Shown in pieces: positions 51,608 to 63,835 of a stretch of DNA of 64,000 bases. The stretch lies in the NCBI GenBank assembly GCA_040220235.1, contig JAVJTO010000071.1; one strand, written 5' to 3'. The notes under the pieces are model-generated. The model searched no databases and was not told the origin of the DNA. It saw only the letters and a program-made list of their open reading frames with translations. The stretch comes from Coleofasciculus sp. B1-GNL1-01 (GTDB lineage: Bacteria > Cyanobacteriota > Cyanobacteriia > Cyanobacteriales > Coleofasciculaceae). The stretch's first letter is position 1. Each line of letters begins with the position of its first letter. The translations under genes were made by a program, and so were the position numbers.

Positions 51608-52480
51608 ATGAACCCTGATGAACTATTGAGTAGATACCAAGCTGGCGAACGAGATTTTTTTCTCATCGACGTCAATGGAGTCAACCTGATGGGTGCGACT
51701 CTGAGAGCGGTAGATTTAACTCATGCCAACCTGAGCCAAACGACATTAGTCCAGGCTAACTTGAGCCGCGCTACCCTGCATAATGCCAATTTGCAGGGAG
51801 TTGACTTGCAAGGAGCAAATCTGCGCGGTGCTGACTTGAGTGGTGCTGATTTGATGGGAGCGAATTTAGTGGCGGCTGATTTGACTTTTGCCACGTTGAC
51901 GGGTGTGGATTTAACTGGGACTAATTTAAGTTTTGCCCGGTTGATGGGCGCTGATCTCAATGGTGCTAATCTCTGCCAGGTTAAGCTATTGGGCGCGGAT
52001 CTGCGGGGTTCTCTGTTAATTGGCGCTAATCTCAGTCGCAGCAATCTGAGTCGCAGTTATTTATTTGAAGCGGATTTAAGTGAGGCAAATCTGGAGCAAG
52101 TTAAGTGGCAAAGCAGTCTGTACAATCTGCAAACTCATTTTCCTGAAGCGTTCGATCCTCAGCGAGGGGGTGCTTATTTAATTGCGCCTGATGTCTCTCT
52201 CGCCGGAGTAGATTTAAGTGGTGTTAATCTCAAGAGAGAAAACTTAAAAGGGGCGAATCTGAGTCGGGTCAATTTAAGTAAGGCTAACTTGCGTTGGACA
52301 GACTTCCGTGATGCCAACTTGCAGGACGCAAATTTGAGTGAGGCGATTCTCAGTGGCGCGAACTTACAAGGGGCAAATTTGAGTCAGACAAATCTGGAAG
52401 GGGCGAATTTAAGCGGTACGACGATGCCCAATGGGGAGTTGCATCAGTGTCATGGAATTCAGAAATTGGCTGGGAGGTAG
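51608..52480 (+). CDS. Pentapeptide repeat protein
   Basis: ELLSRY.AGERDF start and A(N/D)LXX repeats. Confidence 0.95.
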   Translation: MNPDELLSRYQAGERDFFLIDVNGVNLMGATLRAVDLTHANLSQTTLVQANLSRATLHNANLQGVDLQGANLRGADLSGADLMGANLVAADLTFATLTGVDLTGTNLSFARLMGADLNGANLCQVKLLGADLRGSLLIGANLSRSNLSRSYLFEADLSEANLEQVKWQSSLYNLQTHFPEAFDPQRGGAYLIAPDVSLAGVDLSGVNLKRENLKGANLSRVNLSKANLRWTDFRDANLQDANLSEAILSGANLQGANLSQTNLEGANLSGTTMPNGELHQCHGIQKLAGR

Positions 52481-52600
52481 GGAAGCTGGGGGAGCTGGGG
52501 GAGCTGGGGGAGCAGAGGGAGCTGGGGGAGCAGAGGGAGCTGGGGGAGCAGAGGGAGCAGAGGGAGCTGGGGGAGCTGGGGGAGCTGGGGAAGCTGGGGA
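52481..52600. repeat. 9-bp tandem repeat (GGGAGCTGG/GGGAGCAGA)n
   Basis: Directly visible; also occurs inside the MITEs at about 54890 and 56250. Confidence 0.93.
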
Positions 52601-52678
52601 AGGGATTGGCAAAATTTTGTGTCAGAATCAATCATATCATTACTGCATGGCAATGCTGGGATTGGCTTGATAAAACCA

Positions 52679-54787
52679 ATGAACTTGGCTCTCGGACAAA
52701 CAATTGGTGGACGCTATAATATCGTGCGGCAACTGGGACAAGGTGGGTTTGGTGCTACATTTGTTGCCCAAGACCGACACTTGCCCAGCGATCGCGATTG
52801 TGTGGTGAAGCAACTTAAACCCCAAGCGACTGACCCGTTTACGTTGCAGACGGCGCGGCGTTTGTTTGAAACGGAAGCTAAAATCCTGCATCAGTTGGGT
52901 CATCATCACCAAATTCCTCAGCTATTTGCCTATTTTGAAGAGAGTCAAGAATTCTATTTGGTGCAGGAACTGGTTGAAGGGGATAATCTGAGTCAGGAAT
53001 TGACGCCGGGAACGTCCTGGTCAGACCAGCAGGTGATTGATCTGTTGCAGGAAATCTTAACTATATTAGCGTTTGTTCATCAGCATCATGTGATTCACCG
53101 CGATGTTAATCCCCATAACCTGATCCGGCGTAAATCGGATGGTAAGTTAGTCCTAATTGATTTTGGCGCGGTGAAACAAGTTAGCACTCAGGTGGTGCAG
53201 GGACAATCCTCTAGCTTTACGGTGGCGATTGGTACGCCGGGATATCGACCCAGTGAACAAGCCAATGGGAATCCCCGTTTGAGTAGCGATATCTATGCGG
53301 TGGGAATTGTTGGGATTCAAGCGTTAACCGGGGTAGCGCCTCAGGAACTACCTGTTGATCCCGACAGTGGAGAACTTTGCTGGCGCGATCGCACGTCGGT
53401 TCGTCCCGAGTTGGCGAAGGTTCTGGATAAAATGATCCGCTACGATTTTCGCGAACGCTATCCCTCGGCGGAGGCGGCTCTGCAGGCGTTGAATGACTTG
53501 ACTCAACCCACGAAGGCGACGGTGGCTTTAGGCGCTGCTTCCCCATCACCTGTTAATCAATCCTCTAAACGGAAGAAACTGATCGTTGTCCTATTAATTG
53601 CCATGGCGGTAATTGCTGGTGGGGGAGGGGCGACAGTGGCGATTATTAACTGGATTAATTCTACCAATGCCACCCAATCCTATAACCGAGGTGAAACACT
53701 GCTGGAGTTGAGGCGATATGAGGACGCCCTCAGTGCTTATAATCGGGCGGTTGAACTGCAACCGGACTATGCTGAAGCTTGGCTGGGTCAAGGGGATGCG
53801 CTTTTGGCATTGGGTCAGTCTGAGGCGGCGTTGGATGCGTATGATCAGGCGATTCAAATTCAGCGTGAGTATCCAGAGGCTTGGAAAGGGCGAGGAGAGG
53901 CGTTGGCTGCATTGCAGCGTTATGAAGCGGCGATTAGTGCCTTTGATCAGGTCACCAAACTGCAACCGGAGGACGTGGAAACCTGGGAACGTCGCGGGAT
54001 GGTACAGATGAAGTTACAGCGCTATTCGGCGGCGATCGCATCTTACGATAAAGCGTTAGAGATTCAACCCAATTATTCCTCAGCTTGGTATCAACGCGGC
54101 TGGGCATTACATAATTTACAACAGTACGAAGAGGCGCTTAAATCTTATGACAAAGCCGTAGAACATAAGCCCGATTCCGCCGAATATTGGTATCAACGGG
54201 GTAATGCTTTTGTCAATTTGAACAAACATCGTGACGCGGTGGACTCTTACCAGAAAGCGGTTCAGTTCCAGCCGGATTTTTACCGGGCGTGGTACAGTCA
54301 GGGCAGTATTTTGAATAATTTAAATCAATATCAAGAGGCGTTAGCGGCATTTGAAGCAGCGGTTAAACTTCAGCCCAACAGTTATGAGGCGTGGTATGGT
54401 CGGGCTTGGGCGTTGCATCAATTGCAGCGTTATCAGGAAGCGTTAACGGCTTACGAGAGGGCGGTGAAACTGAGACCTAATTCTGAGCAAGCCTGGTATA
54501 ACCGGGGTAATGTCTTCTATACATTGGAGCAATACCAAGACGCGATCGCGGCGTATGACCAAGCTGTTGCCCATAAGCGCAGCCATTACCAAGCTTGGAA
54601 TAGTCGCGCTAATGCTTTATTTAACCTGAAGCGATACAACGAAGCCTTGACCTCTTATGAAAATGCTTTGACGTATCAACCCAATTACAAAGAGGCAAAG
54701 CGGGGGAAAGAGCAAACGCAGCGTGAACTTGAGAAGTTGAAAAAAGAATCGAACCGGAAGTCATCTGAAGAGAATGATGATCAATAA
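52679..54787 (+). CDS. Hanks-type Ser/Thr kinase with TM segment and C-terminal TPR array
   Basis: LGQGGFG, VVKQL, HRDVNP.N and DFG motifs; TM helix; about 10 TPRs. Confidence 0.95.
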   Translation: MNLALGQTIGGRYNIVRQLGQGGFGATFVAQDRHLPSDRDCVVKQLKPQATDPFTLQTARRLFETEAKILHQLGHHHQIPQLFAYFEESQEFYLVQELVEGDNLSQELTPGTSWSDQQVIDLLQEILTILAFVHQHHVIHRDVNPHNLIRRKSDGKLVLIDFGAVKQVSTQVVQGQSSSFTVAIGTPGYRPSEQANGNPRLSSDIYAVGIVGIQALTGVAPQELPVDPDSGELCWRDRTSVRPELAKVLDKMIRYDFRERYPSAEAALQALNDLTQPTKATVALGAASPSPVNQSSKRKKLIVVLLIAMAVIAGGGGATVAIINWINSTNATQSYNRGETLLELRRYEDALSAYNRAVELQPDYAEAWLGQGDALLALGQSEAALDAYDQAIQIQREYPEAWKGRGEALAALQRYEAAISAFDQVTKLQPEDVETWERRGMVQMKLQRYSAAIASYDKALEIQPNYSSAWYQRGWALHNLQQYEEALKSYDKAVEHKPDSAEYWYQRGNAFVNLNKHRDAVDSYQKAVQFQPDFYRAWYSQGSILNNLNQYQEALAAFEAAVKLQPNSYEAWYGRAWALHQLQRYQEALTAYERAVKLRPNSEQAWYNRGNVFYTLEQYQDAIAAYDQAVAHKRSHYQAWNSRANALFNLKRYNEALTSYENALTYQPNYKEAKRGKEQTQRELEKLKKESNRKSSEENDDQ

Positions 54788-54857
54788 GAGCGATCGCTAA
54801 CCCACTCTCTGATCCCAAATCCGGGTTGATTACCCCCTTGATAATCCAGTCTTTACT

Positions 54858-55066
54858 TAGGGCTTGCTGAATAAGTGGTGAGGTGAGGGGGAGCAGGGGA
54901 AGCTGGGGAAGCTGAGGGAGCTGGGGGAGCAAGGGTTACATTTTCCCTGAGCAAGGTGATGCCATACTTAGGAAGGATGCTACCCCATTTCCTGGCACTT
55001 TATCCACTGTCCATACGCCTCAAAGTATTGATGGATCAGGGTTTCCGGGTTGTGCAGCAAGCTCTA
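54858..55066 (+). mobile_element. MITE, TIR TAGGGCTTGCTG
   Basis: TIRs TAGGGCTTGCTG/CAGCAAGCTCTA; inverted copy at 56116-56322. Confidence 0.8.
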
Positions 55067-55116
55067 CATATAGATAATGGCGCGTCTCAACACTCAACAC
55101 GTCTCCAATCCCCAAT

Positions 55117-55866
55117 CTATTCTGCTTTTGCTGAATTGGATGATCCCGCCTCGGCGGTTTCTTCACTATTGGGTAACTCCAGACAGTATCCTGCACCGTA
55201 TACTGTTTTAATATATTGGGGATGACGGGGATCAGGTTCGAGTTTAGTTCTCAGGTGACGCACATGGACGCGAATGGTTTCAATATCGTCATCTGGATCA
55301 TATCCCCAGACTTCTTTGAGAATTTCACTGGGAGAAACCGTTTGACCATGACGCTGTAATAAGCAGTGTAGCAGTTCAAATTCCAGGTGGGTTAATTTAA
55401 CCGTCTGATTAAACCAAATCGTCTCAAACCGTTCTGGAATCAGGGTCAAAGGACCATAGTTGAGGATTTCCGTATGCTTGGCGGCTTGGGGGATGCGGTC
55501 AGTACGTCGCAGTAAGGCGCGTACCCGTGCTAGCATTTCTTCGAGTTCAAAGGGTTTGGTCAGATAATCGTCCGCACCAGCATTAAACCCTTCTACCTTA
55601 TCCTGCGTTTGACCCAAAGCTGTCAACATCAACACGGGGATATCTGTGGTGCGTTCATCCCGACGCAACCGTTGGCAAACGGTAAAGCCATCGACTCGAG
55701 GGAGCATTAAGTCTAGCATGATCAGGTCGGGCTGAAGTTGCAGCGCTAGCGCCTGACCCTTGATACCATCGGGCGCTTGGTGAACTTCGTATCCTGCCAT
55801 TTCTAGGTTAATGGAGACCAGTTCTGAGATTGCGGGATCATCATCGATTAAAAGGATTCTATGCAT
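55117..55866 (-). CDS. rpaA: Circadian output response regulator RpaA (OmpR family)
   Basis: [22 protein letters not shown] and [31 protein letters not shown]. Confidence 0.93.
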   Translation of the reverse strand: MHRILLIDDDPAISELVSINLEMAGYEVHQAPDGIKGQALALQLQPDLIMLDLMLPRVDGFTVCQRLRRDERTTDIPVLMLTALGQTQDKVEGFNAGADDYLTKPFELEEMLARVRALLRRTDRIPQAAKHTEILNYGPLTLIPERFETIWFNQTVKLTHLEFELLHCLLQRHGQTVSPSEILKEVWGYDPDDDIETIRVHVRHLRTKLEPDPRHPQYIKTVYGAGYCLELPNSEETAEAGSSNSAKAE

Positions 55867-56115
55867 CACTTAAGTGGTTACTAATAGGACTTGTTAAGGT
55901 TGGATAAGAACTGTGACAGAAAACTACAGATACTGTACCGATTATAAGCGCTGATTCTAAACTACTTGTGAAGAAAATGGAAATTTTCTGTTTTTTTTCG
56001 GAAAATAAGGTATAATAGTAAGTCAGCTTTAAGCAATACCCTTTTTGTCCCAGCGACTGGAACGTCACGGCTACGCCAATATAGGCGAAGCCTTACCAAA
56101 GGGTAGTTTGCTAAG

Positions 56116-56322
56116 TAGGGCTTGCTGCACAACTCCAAAACCCTTATCTATCAAGGCTTTGAGTCGCATGGACATTGGCTCATCTTCAAGAACATAAGGT
56201 AAAACCCTTTCATACCCTTGCACCACTATCAGGGAAAATGTATCATTGCTCCCCCTGCTCCCCCTGCTCCCCCGGCTTCCCCTGCTCCCTACCCCACTAC
56301 AATACTCATTCAGCAAGCCCTA
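56116..56322 (-). mobile_element. MITE, inverted copy of the 54858 element
   Basis: TAGGGCTTGCTG...CAGCAAGCCCTA; the interior is reverse-complementary to 54858-55066. Confidence 0.8.
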
Positions 56323-56425
56323 TGTAGGGGCGAGTTTAGGGATTTTCCTGTTGCGATGGATGATAACGTTTATTCAAAACCCGCCCTGATTAATGGGTAG
56401 GGGCGGGTTTCACGCTTATTGTTTC

Positions 56426-57547
56426 TTACACAACCTTTTTTGACGAAGGGCGGGTTTGGTGGAACGGTAACGTAACCGTAAACGTCGTACCGACTCCCAC
56501 CGTACTCTCAACCGTAATCTCACCACCATGTAAATCAACTGCTTGCTTAACGATACATAATCCTAATCCTGTACCCTTAATATTACCCACATTGGCAGCG
56601 CGTTCAAATTGCTGGAAGAGTTTGTTCAGGTATTCTGGAGGCATACCAATCCCTTCATCTTGCACCTGAAAGGTAACTTGTTGGTTATTCCTTGTCACTG
56701 CTAACCGAATATTACCCCCTTGGGGGGAATACTTAATCGCATTGGTGAGCAAATTGGTGAGTAAATACCGCAGTAAGCTTTCATCGAAATAGGCAAGGGG
56801 AAACTCTCCCTGATAACTGAAATTAAGGCTATGTTGCTGACTGACAAGGGGAATTAACTGTTCGATCAGATTTTCACATAAAGCAATTATATCCAAAGGC
56901 TCAGGTTGAAAGTCTAATTTTCCCGCTTCTGCTTGACTCAAGGTTAAAACATCTTCCAATAGCTGATTCATATTCGTCACGGCGTTTTGAATCCGCTTAA
57001 AATGCCGAGTTTTTCGCTCATCTTCCTGATCTGCTTTTAACTGAAGCAGTTCGGCTGACATCTGAATTGTAGTTAAGGGAGTGCGTAAATCATGGGACGC
57101 CATGGAAAGTATCCGTGATTTATTTTCATTCATCACCTTCTGATCTGCCAACAATTGTCGCATTTTTAGCGCTTGTTTATGTTGACTCAATGCGATTTTG
57201 ATTACCGCATGTAAGTCTCGCTCTTTAAAGGGTTTGATCACATAACCATAGGAGCCTGTGGCTTCCGCTCTCTGTAAGGTATCATCATCGGCATAAGCTG
57301 TGGTATAGATAACGGGAATAGCCAATTGCTGATGAATCGTAGCCGCCGTTTCAATCCCATTCATTTCTCCTTTAATCACAATATCCATGAGGATTAAATT
57401 TGGCTTAATTTCCGCCGCTTTTTGAATCGCTGCTTCTCCAGAGGAAACAATGGCATCAACGCTATACCCCAGCTTTTTCAGTTTGCGGGATAAGTTCTTG
57501 GCAATTAACAGTTCGTCTTCGACAATTAGAATGTGAATATCGCTCAT
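56426..57547 (-). CDS. Hybrid receiver-histidine kinase
   Basis: VEDE/LMDI/KPF receiver; SHDLRTPL, NAIKYS, DEGIG and GTGLGL. Confidence 0.93.
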   Translation of the reverse strand: MSDIHILIVEDELLIAKNLSRKLKKLGYSVDAIVSSGEAAIQKAAEIKPNLILMDIVIKGEMNGIETAATIHQQLAIPVIYTTAYADDDTLQRAEATGSYGYVIKPFKERDLHAVIKIALSQHKQALKMRQLLADQKVMNENKSRILSMASHDLRTPLTTIQMSAELLQLKADQEDERKTRHFKRIQNAVTNMNQLLEDVLTLSQAEAGKLDFQPEPLDIIALCENLIEQLIPLVSQQHSLNFSYQGEFPLAYFDESLLRYLLTNLLTNAIKYSPQGGNIRLAVTRNNQQVTFQVQDEGIGMPPEYLNKLFQQFERAANVGNIKGTGLGLCIVKQAVDLHGGEITVESTVGVGTTFTVTLPFHQTRPSSKKVV

Positions 57548-57551
57548 CTGC

Positions 57552-60500
57552 TTAGATCCGGTTTTGATACTGAAGTTCGCTAAATTGAATCGAAAATGCT
57601 GTGCCGTGAGTGCGTTGGAGTTCAATCGTTCCTTCTAACTGTTCGATTAGTGTACAAACGACTTGAAACCCCATGGATTCGGTATCCTGAAAATCCAACG
57701 CTTCGGGAAATCCGATGCCATTGTCGCTGATGACTAAGTGAATTTGCCCATCTGACTGTTGATGACAGTTAATAGACACAATTCCTTCTTGCTCATCGGG
57801 AAAGGCATGTTTGAGGCTATTTGAGACTAATTCATTAATGATTAAGCCACAAGGCGTAGCGGTTTCAATATTGAGGAATATCGGCTCAACATTGATGTGC
57901 AACTGAATGCAATCCTCACTAACATTATAGGAATCAAAGAGATTATTTGCCAAGTCTTGGATATAGTCCTCTAAGTTAATTTGTCCAATAGTTGGCGAGC
58001 GATATAATTTCTCATGAATCAGCGCCATGGAGTAAATCCGATTTTGACTTTCTTCAAAAAGTTTGCCGATGTGAGGTTCAGGAATGGAGTCGGCTTGTAG
58101 TTCCAAGAGACTAGACACTACATTCAAATTATTTTTAACTCGGTGGTGAATTTCTTTGAGTAAAACCTCTTTTTCTTTCAGCGACGCTTTGATCTGCTCT
58201 TCTGCCTTTTGACGCTCGGTGATATCAATTCCCACCGCCACACAGACTTGGCTTTGCTGATATTTCTGAGCCACAATCAAGTAATTCTGGATATTGCCAT
58301 TCATGTCAAACCGGAGTGTTTGAGACATAGTTTGACTTGAGCTGGCAAAAAATTGACGCAGGAACTCAGCAAAATCACGATTATTTTCAACAAAACCAAC
58401 TTCTTTCCCTAAGAAATCTTCCGGTGTTAAATGATAACGAGAGGCTAAATGGCGATTGACGCCTAAGTAAATTAAATCGGAACTAATCCAAGAGACTAAG
58501 CCCGGTACAGCGTCTAAAACAGCTTGGAGTTGAGATTGAGAATTTCGCCATGCTTTTGCCGTGATTTCACGTTCTTTTGCCAGCGCGATCGCAGCCGCCG
58601 CAGAACTCAACAATCCCTCTTCCAAAGGTTGCCATTGTCGGGCTTCGACACAATTATCAAAGCCAATAAATCCAAAGAATTCTCCATTGACAATCAACGG
58701 TAAGGCGAGGATCGATAAAATCCCTTGTGGTTCTAAAATAGACCGTTCCGATGCCGGAAAATCTGCCACAATCCCATTAATTATACCGCCTTGGGCTAAA
58801 ACCTCCATCCAACGCGGCACAATATCATAATAACTAACATTTTGTAACGCGGGATTATCCAGTTGGGGTTCAATTCCTGGGGCGCACCATTCTGCCCGTT
58901 GGCTACTCATAAGTTGTCCGCTTTCATCATAATGATTCTCAAACACATAAATTCGGTTAGCATCGGCAATCGGGGCTAAAATGGTCAAAATTTGCTGATA
59001 AACATCCTGATTAACGGGTGCGGCTAATAACTGACGCTGCACTTCAACTAACGCCGTCAAATAGCGATCGCGCTTGGCTAATGACGCTTCAGTTTTTTTG
59101 CGTTCTGTAATATCACGACAGACACAAATCAGTCCGCCACCCTCAATTAACGTCAGGGATAATTCCTCAGCAAATGTCGAACCATCACGGCGTTTCGATA
59201 AGGTTTCTCCTCGCCAATATCCATTCTCAATCAACACGGAAAAAATATCGCGTTCAATGCGACTGATTTCATCAGGATAGTACAACTGATGCCAGGTTTT
59301 TTCCAATAAATCAGTCGGCGTATCATAGCCAAATATTTCCAGATGCGCTTGATTCAGATAAATATATTCACCCTTTTCATTTAAAATACCAATTCCATCA
59401 ATAGCGGCTTCAATTGCCATTAACTGTTGATTGAGAGTTTGTTCATAAAGTTTGCGATCTGTAATATCAGTCAGCGTTCCTGATGTTCCTTTAAGGCTCC
59501 CATCTACGGCTAAAGTTAGGCGGGAAAACACTTCCAGCCAGCGAATATCACCGTTTTTAGTCAAGTAGCGGATTTCCTGGCGACAGTATTCCTGTTGACG
59601 ATTAATTAGGGATTTCAAGACATCGAGGTGTAGTTGTCGATCATCTCCATGGATGTAATCCAAAACAGGAGTTCCCAGACTTTCCTCAATTAAAAATTCA
59701 GTAATTTCTGTCCAAGCTGGATTCAAAAATGCCCAGTTTCCTTGAGCATCGGTTTGGAAAATAACCTCCTTGACACTATTAATAACAGACCGATACTGTT
59801 CTTGGCTCTGGCGCAACTCATCTTCCGCTTTTTGGCGGCGCTTATCATTGCGATAAGCCTCTATAATATTGGCACAAGTTGCCAGGAAAGGTTGCAGATA
59901 CTCGATAAGGCTTTCATCATATCCTCCTGGTCGATTAGCAATGCCAACCATACCGACAAATTTGTTTTCAATATAAAAAGGTAGTCCCAAAAATGCATTC
60001 AGCGGCGGATGACCGTCTGGGAGTCCCCTCCGACGCGGATCAGTGGCAGGATGGTTATAAATAACAGGTTTACCCGTAACAATAACTGCACCAAAGAGAG
60101 TTTTCAGGTTATGAAATTCCATACCTTGGGCAGCATTTTGGTCATAGAAGTTGCGAGTTTCTTCGTTCCAGGCAATATTGGTAATTGCATGAGCTTTGAC
60201 ATAAGGTCTACCCCGTATCTTCATGTAGGCTTCCTCGACAAAGGGTTCCCCATTTTCTGCATAGAGAATCTCACCAATGAAGCCATATTCACTATTGGTT
60301 AGCCCTAGGATACTGTCTAGGAGTCCATCAAAAAGATAATATGGATTAGCATCGGCAATAAATTGAGATTGCGCGGCGCTAATCGCTTGTAATAGCTGAT
60401 TACTCTGTTGGAGATTGGCTTGAGCCTGTTGGCGTTGTATCGCTTGTTGATAGGCATCACTAATATCCCGTTGAATGACAACAATATAGGCACAGTGTTT

Positions 60501-63101
60501 CTGTTCATCCTGTACCAAGGAACTCGATAAATCCATAATCGCCAGAGTGCCATCCCGGCGAATCATTTCCACGTCTAAGCGATTATTCCCTGTTGCCAAA
60601 AGTGTGGGGAATTGTTCAGCAAAGCATTGTTTTGACTCTGGCGTCAAGAACTCATCCAAGCGATGACCGATCAATTCAATTTCGCTATACCCCAACTGTT
60701 CGACTGATGCGGGATTAGTTTGCCAAATAAACCCATCGAAATCAATAACATGAATACAATCGGGAGCTGCTTCAAACAGAGAGCGAAAGCGGACTTCACT
60801 TTGCAATAAAGCATCTTGAGCATATTTACGCTCTGTGATATCATTGCGGATTGATAAATACTGGAATGGCTTGCCTTGCTCATCTAAAAAGGGAACGATG
60901 GTAGTATACACCCAGTAGTAACTATTATCTTTTGCTTTATTTTTGATTTCTCCTTGCCAAACTTGACCTTGGGCAATTGTTTGCCACATTTGCTGAAAAA
61001 AAGAGGGGGGATGATATCCGGAATTAATCAGACGGTGGGTTCGACCAATTAATTCATCTGGAGAATATTGAGAAATTTCGCAGAATTTTTTATTGACATA
61101 AGTAATAATACCTTTATTGTCGGTAATTGCCACAATTGCCGAATAATCGAGAGCCAATTTGTGAAACTCTAACTCTTGGGTTCGCGCCTTAACGCGACGT
61201 TCTAGTTCCTGATTAAAACGTTCCAAGGCTTGATGCGCTTGTTTGCGTTCCAATTCAGCGGCGGCTCTAGCGGCGAAAATTTGGAGAATGGCTAATGCTT
61301 GTCGGGGTTCAGGAATGAATTGTTCGTGTAAAACGCAAAGATTACCAATTGGATTTCCGTCACCATCTATCAAGGCTACACCCATATAACTATCGGCGTC
61401 TAAGGTGACTAAAGCCGAATCTTGGGGAAAGTTTTTTTGTACCTGAGTTGGACACCAATAGGTTCCTTCTGCTAACACCCGTTGGCAAGGCGTGTTGGCA
61501 ATAGGATAGGTACAGTTTGGCTGTAATTGACCCGTTGACCAGAATGCTAATGTCTTAAAATAATCCCCGATTCGCTCGCTAACCAGAACATGAGAAACGC
61601 CTAAAGCTAGGGCGATATGGCGGACTAATTCGGGGAAAAAGTCAGAACCTGTAACTTTAGCCGTTGCTGCAAAAACATTTTTCAGGGCGGCTTCGGCTGT
61701 TTTGCGACTATTAATATCGGTGAGTGTGCCAATATATCCCAGAGTCTCGCCATTGGCTCCAACGTCCGGGACAGCTTGACAAAATACCCAGGTTAATTTA
61801 TTATCAGGCGTGAGAAAGCGATGCTCTGAGAAAAAAACTTCCTGTTGCTCAATCGCATCATGCCAGTCACGAATCACGCGATCGCAGTCTTCCGGGTGTA
61901 AGGTTTTTGCCCATCCCTGTCCCAGGATTTCTTCGATGGGAATTCCAGTAATTTCAGCACAGCGTTGATTCGCATATAAGCCAATTCCTTGAGCATTAGT
62001 GCGGAAAATTCCCACGGGCGAGGCGTCGGCTAGCGTCGCATAACGATGCTCACTTTCCCGTAATTGTTGTTCTATCTGTTGACGTTGCGTTAGTTCCGTT
62101 TGCAGTTGCTGCGTGCGTTCTTGAATTTGCTGTTCTAGTTGAATCGTGCGATTTTCTAATAACTCAACCTTTTCCCGTTGCAGTTGGCGAACTTCTTGCT
62201 GTAAAACCTGAATCACCTGATACATTTCCATCGGATCAAGAGCTTGCAGCAGGCTGGTTTGAGTGACAATTCCTACCAATTTTCCTTGTCTATCTACCAC
62301 CACCAATCGTTGTACTCGTCGCGACAACATCTGTTGATGAGCCTCCCATAACGAGTCTTTGGGATTCAGACAAAATAGGGGTGTACTCATCACAGTTTGG
62401 GCGGAAATGGCGGAAAACTCTAAACCCAACGCCTGAAACTGAACAATATCTCGTTCGGTAATAATTCCCACCGGAAGTGGCGATGCACCCGCGTTTTTCT
62501 CCTCAACAATCACCACACAACTAACGCGATAATCTGACATTAGCAGCGCTACATCCAAAACAGAGGCGTTCGGTTTCGCCTGAATCACAGAGGTTACCAT
62601 CACATCCTCAACCCGACGCAATTGTAGTAAGTCACTGGGTTGCAAATAAGCGCGAATACTATCCGGCGTCACCATACCCTGTAAATTCCCCCCATCATCG
62701 ACAATGGGTAAATGACGAATGCGATGGTGACAAAACAGGTTAAGTGCGGTAAAAATTGTCTGAAATTCCGACGCTTTCAAGGTAATCAAACGTCGCGTCA
62801 TTACCTCCGCCACATTTACCCCAGCCAAGTTCATCCCTTGAGCCACCAACCGAACAATATCCCGTTCCGTCAGTATCCCTACCAGTCGCGTTTTCTCCAA
62901 CACCAGAACACAACTAGCGCGTCGTTCGTTGATTGGATTAGCCTCTGGTGCTACATTGAAACACGGTAAGGAACAAGTGCTTCGCCGTTGACTCATCCGC
63001 GCGATCGCGTCTATCACAGGTGTATCGGGTACAACGGTTATGGGTTGAGTATCAATCGCCACCTGGGGTGATGACGCAATGGGAAAGTCTAACACTGGCA
63101 T
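57552..63101 (-). CDS. Multi-sensor histidine kinase (4 CBS, multiple PAS, about 3 GAF, HisKA_2)
   Basis: GI.TERDIV CBS repeats, PAS-PAC DIT.RK motifs, [10 protein letters not shown] and [12 protein letters not shown]. Confidence 0.93.
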   Translation of the reverse strand: MPVLDFPIASSPQVAIDTQPITVVPDTPVIDAIARMSQRRSTCSLPCFNVAPEANPINERRASCVLVLEKTRLVGILTERDIVRLVAQGMNLAGVNVAEVMTRRLITLKASEFQTIFTALNLFCHHRIRHLPIVDDGGNLQGMVTPDSIRAYLQPSDLLQLRRVEDVMVTSVIQAKPNASVLDVALLMSDYRVSCVVIVEEKNAGASPLPVGIITERDIVQFQALGLEFSAISAQTVMSTPLFCLNPKDSLWEAHQQMLSRRVQRLVVVDRQGKLVGIVTQTSLLQALDPMEMYQVIQVLQQEVRQLQREKVELLENRTIQLEQQIQERTQQLQTELTQRQQIEQQLRESEHRYATLADASPVGIFRTNAQGIGLYANQRCAEITGIPIEEILGQGWAKTLHPEDCDRVIRDWHDAIEQQEVFFSEHRFLTPDNKLTWVFCQAVPDVGANGETLGYIGTLTDINSRKTAEAALKNVFAATAKVTGSDFFPELVRHIALALGVSHVLVSERIGDYFKTLAFWSTGQLQPNCTYPIANTPCQRVLAEGTYWCPTQVQKNFPQDSALVTLDADSYMGVALIDGDGNPIGNLCVLHEQFIPEPRQALAILQIFAARAAAELERKQAHQALERFNQELERRVKARTQELEFHKLALDYSAIVAITDNKGIITYVNKKFCEISQYSPDELIGRTHRLINSGYHPPSFFQQMWQTIAQGQVWQGEIKNKAKDNSYYWVYTTIVPFLDEQGKPFQYLSIRNDITERKYAQDALLQSEVRFRSLFEAAPDCIHVIDFDGFIWQTNPASVEQLGYSEIELIGHRLDEFLTPESKQCFAEQFPTLLATGNNRLDVEMIRRDGTLAIMDLSSSLVQDEQKHCAYIVVIQRDISDAYQQAIQRQQAQANLQQSNQLLQAISAAQSQFIADANPYYLFDGLLDSILGLTNSEYGFIGEILYAENGEPFVEEAYMKIRGRPYVKAHAITNIAWNEETRNFYDQNAAQGMEFHNLKTLFGAVIVTGKPVIYNHPATDPRRRGLPDGHPPLNAFLGLPFYIENKFVGMVGIANRPGGYDESLIEYLQPFLATCANIIEAYRNDKRRQKAEDELRQSQEQYRSVINSVKEVIFQTDAQGNWAFLNPAWTEITEFLIEESLGTPVLDYIHGDDRQLHLDVLKSLINRQQEYCRQEIRYLTKNGDIRWLEVFSRLTLAVDGSLKGTSGTLTDITDRKLYEQTLNQQLMAIEAAIDGIGILNEKGEYIYLNQAHLEIFGYDTPTDLLEKTWHQLYYPDEISRIERDIFSVLIENGYWRGETLSKRRDGSTFAEELSLTLIEGGGLICVCRDITERKKTEASLAKRDRYLTALVEVQRQLLAAPVNQDVYQQILTILAPIADANRIYVFENHYDESGQLMSSQRAEWCAPGIEPQLDNPALQNVSYYDIVPRWMEVLAQGGIINGIVADFPASERSILEPQGILSILALPLIVNGEFFGFIGFDNCVEARQWQPLEEGLLSSAAAAIALAKEREITAKAWRNSQSQLQAVLDAVPGLVSWISSDLIYLGVNRHLASRYHLTPEDFLGKEVGFVENNRDFAEFLRQFFASSSQTMSQTLRFDMNGNIQNYLIVAQKYQQSQVCVAVGIDITERQKAEEQIKASLKEKEVLLKEIHHRVKNNLNVVSSLLELQADSIPEPHIGKLFEESQNRIYSMALIHEKLYRSPTIGQINLEDYIQDLANNLFDSYNVSEDCIQLHINVEPIFLNIETATPCGLIINELVSNSLKHAFPDEQEGIVSINCHQQSDGQIHLVISDNGIGFPEALDFQDTESMGFQVVCTLIEQLEGTIELQRTHGTAFSIQFSELQYQNRI

Positions 63102-63250
63102 GGGACTTGCTGGGATAATCGGTCACAGGATAGAAAGGGGATTCTGTTTCAGTTATTCCCAGGTGGACTGGCTCAACTTTCTATTTATAGATTTAATTTA
63201 TAAATTATTATAAATTAATAATTTAAGCTAATAGTAAAGGAGTTAAAATC

Positions 63251-63835
63251 ATGGCACTCACAGCCTCAACCATGTTGCCTCTAGGCAACAAAGCCCCAGA
63301 ATTCCAGTTACCCGATGTGGTATCGGGCGAAACGATATCCTTAGACACGTTTGCGGGGAAACAGGGATTAGTGGTGATATTTCTCTGCCGTCATTGCCCT
63401 TTTGTCAAGCATGTACAGGGAGAATTAGCTAAACTAGGTCGAGACTACCAGGATGCAGATCTGGGGATTGTGGCAATTAGCGCCAACGATGCTACGACTC
63501 ACCCCGATGATGCGCCTGAGAAGTTAAAGGAAATGGCACAAGAATTAGGATTGACGTTTCCCTTGTGCTATGACGAAAGCCAGGAAACAGCGAAAGCCTA
63601 TACAGCCGCCTGTACACCAGACTTCTTTGTGTTCGATCGCGATCGCAAACTTGTCTACCGGGGACAATTCGACGATAGCCGCCCAGGGAATGATCAACCT
63701 GTGACAGGTAAGGATCTACGATCCGCGATCGATGCGGTATTGGCGCAGTCTCCCGTCAGTGAAGAACAAAAGCCCAGTATCGGCTGCAACATCAAATGGA
63801 AGCCAGGGAATGAACCCGCCTATTATGGCGCTTAA
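63251..63835 (+). CDS. Thioredoxin-fold AhpC/TSA-like protein
   Basis: CRHCPFV, AACTPDFF and SIGCNIKW motifs; AAGGAG RBS. Confidence 0.92.
   Translation: MALTASTMLPLGNKAPEFQLPDVVSGETISLDTFAGKQGLVVIFLCRHCPFVKHVQGELAKLGRDYQDADLGIVAISANDATTHPDDAPEKLKEMAQELGLTFPLCYDESQETAKAYTAACTPDFFVFDRDRKLVYRGQFDDSRPGNDQPVTGKDLRSAIDAVLAQSPVSEEQKPSIGCNIKWKPGNEPAYYGA

Noticed and set aside
52350..52719. Several overlapping low-complexity ORFs
   Set aside because: Products of the stop-free 9-bp tandem repeat.
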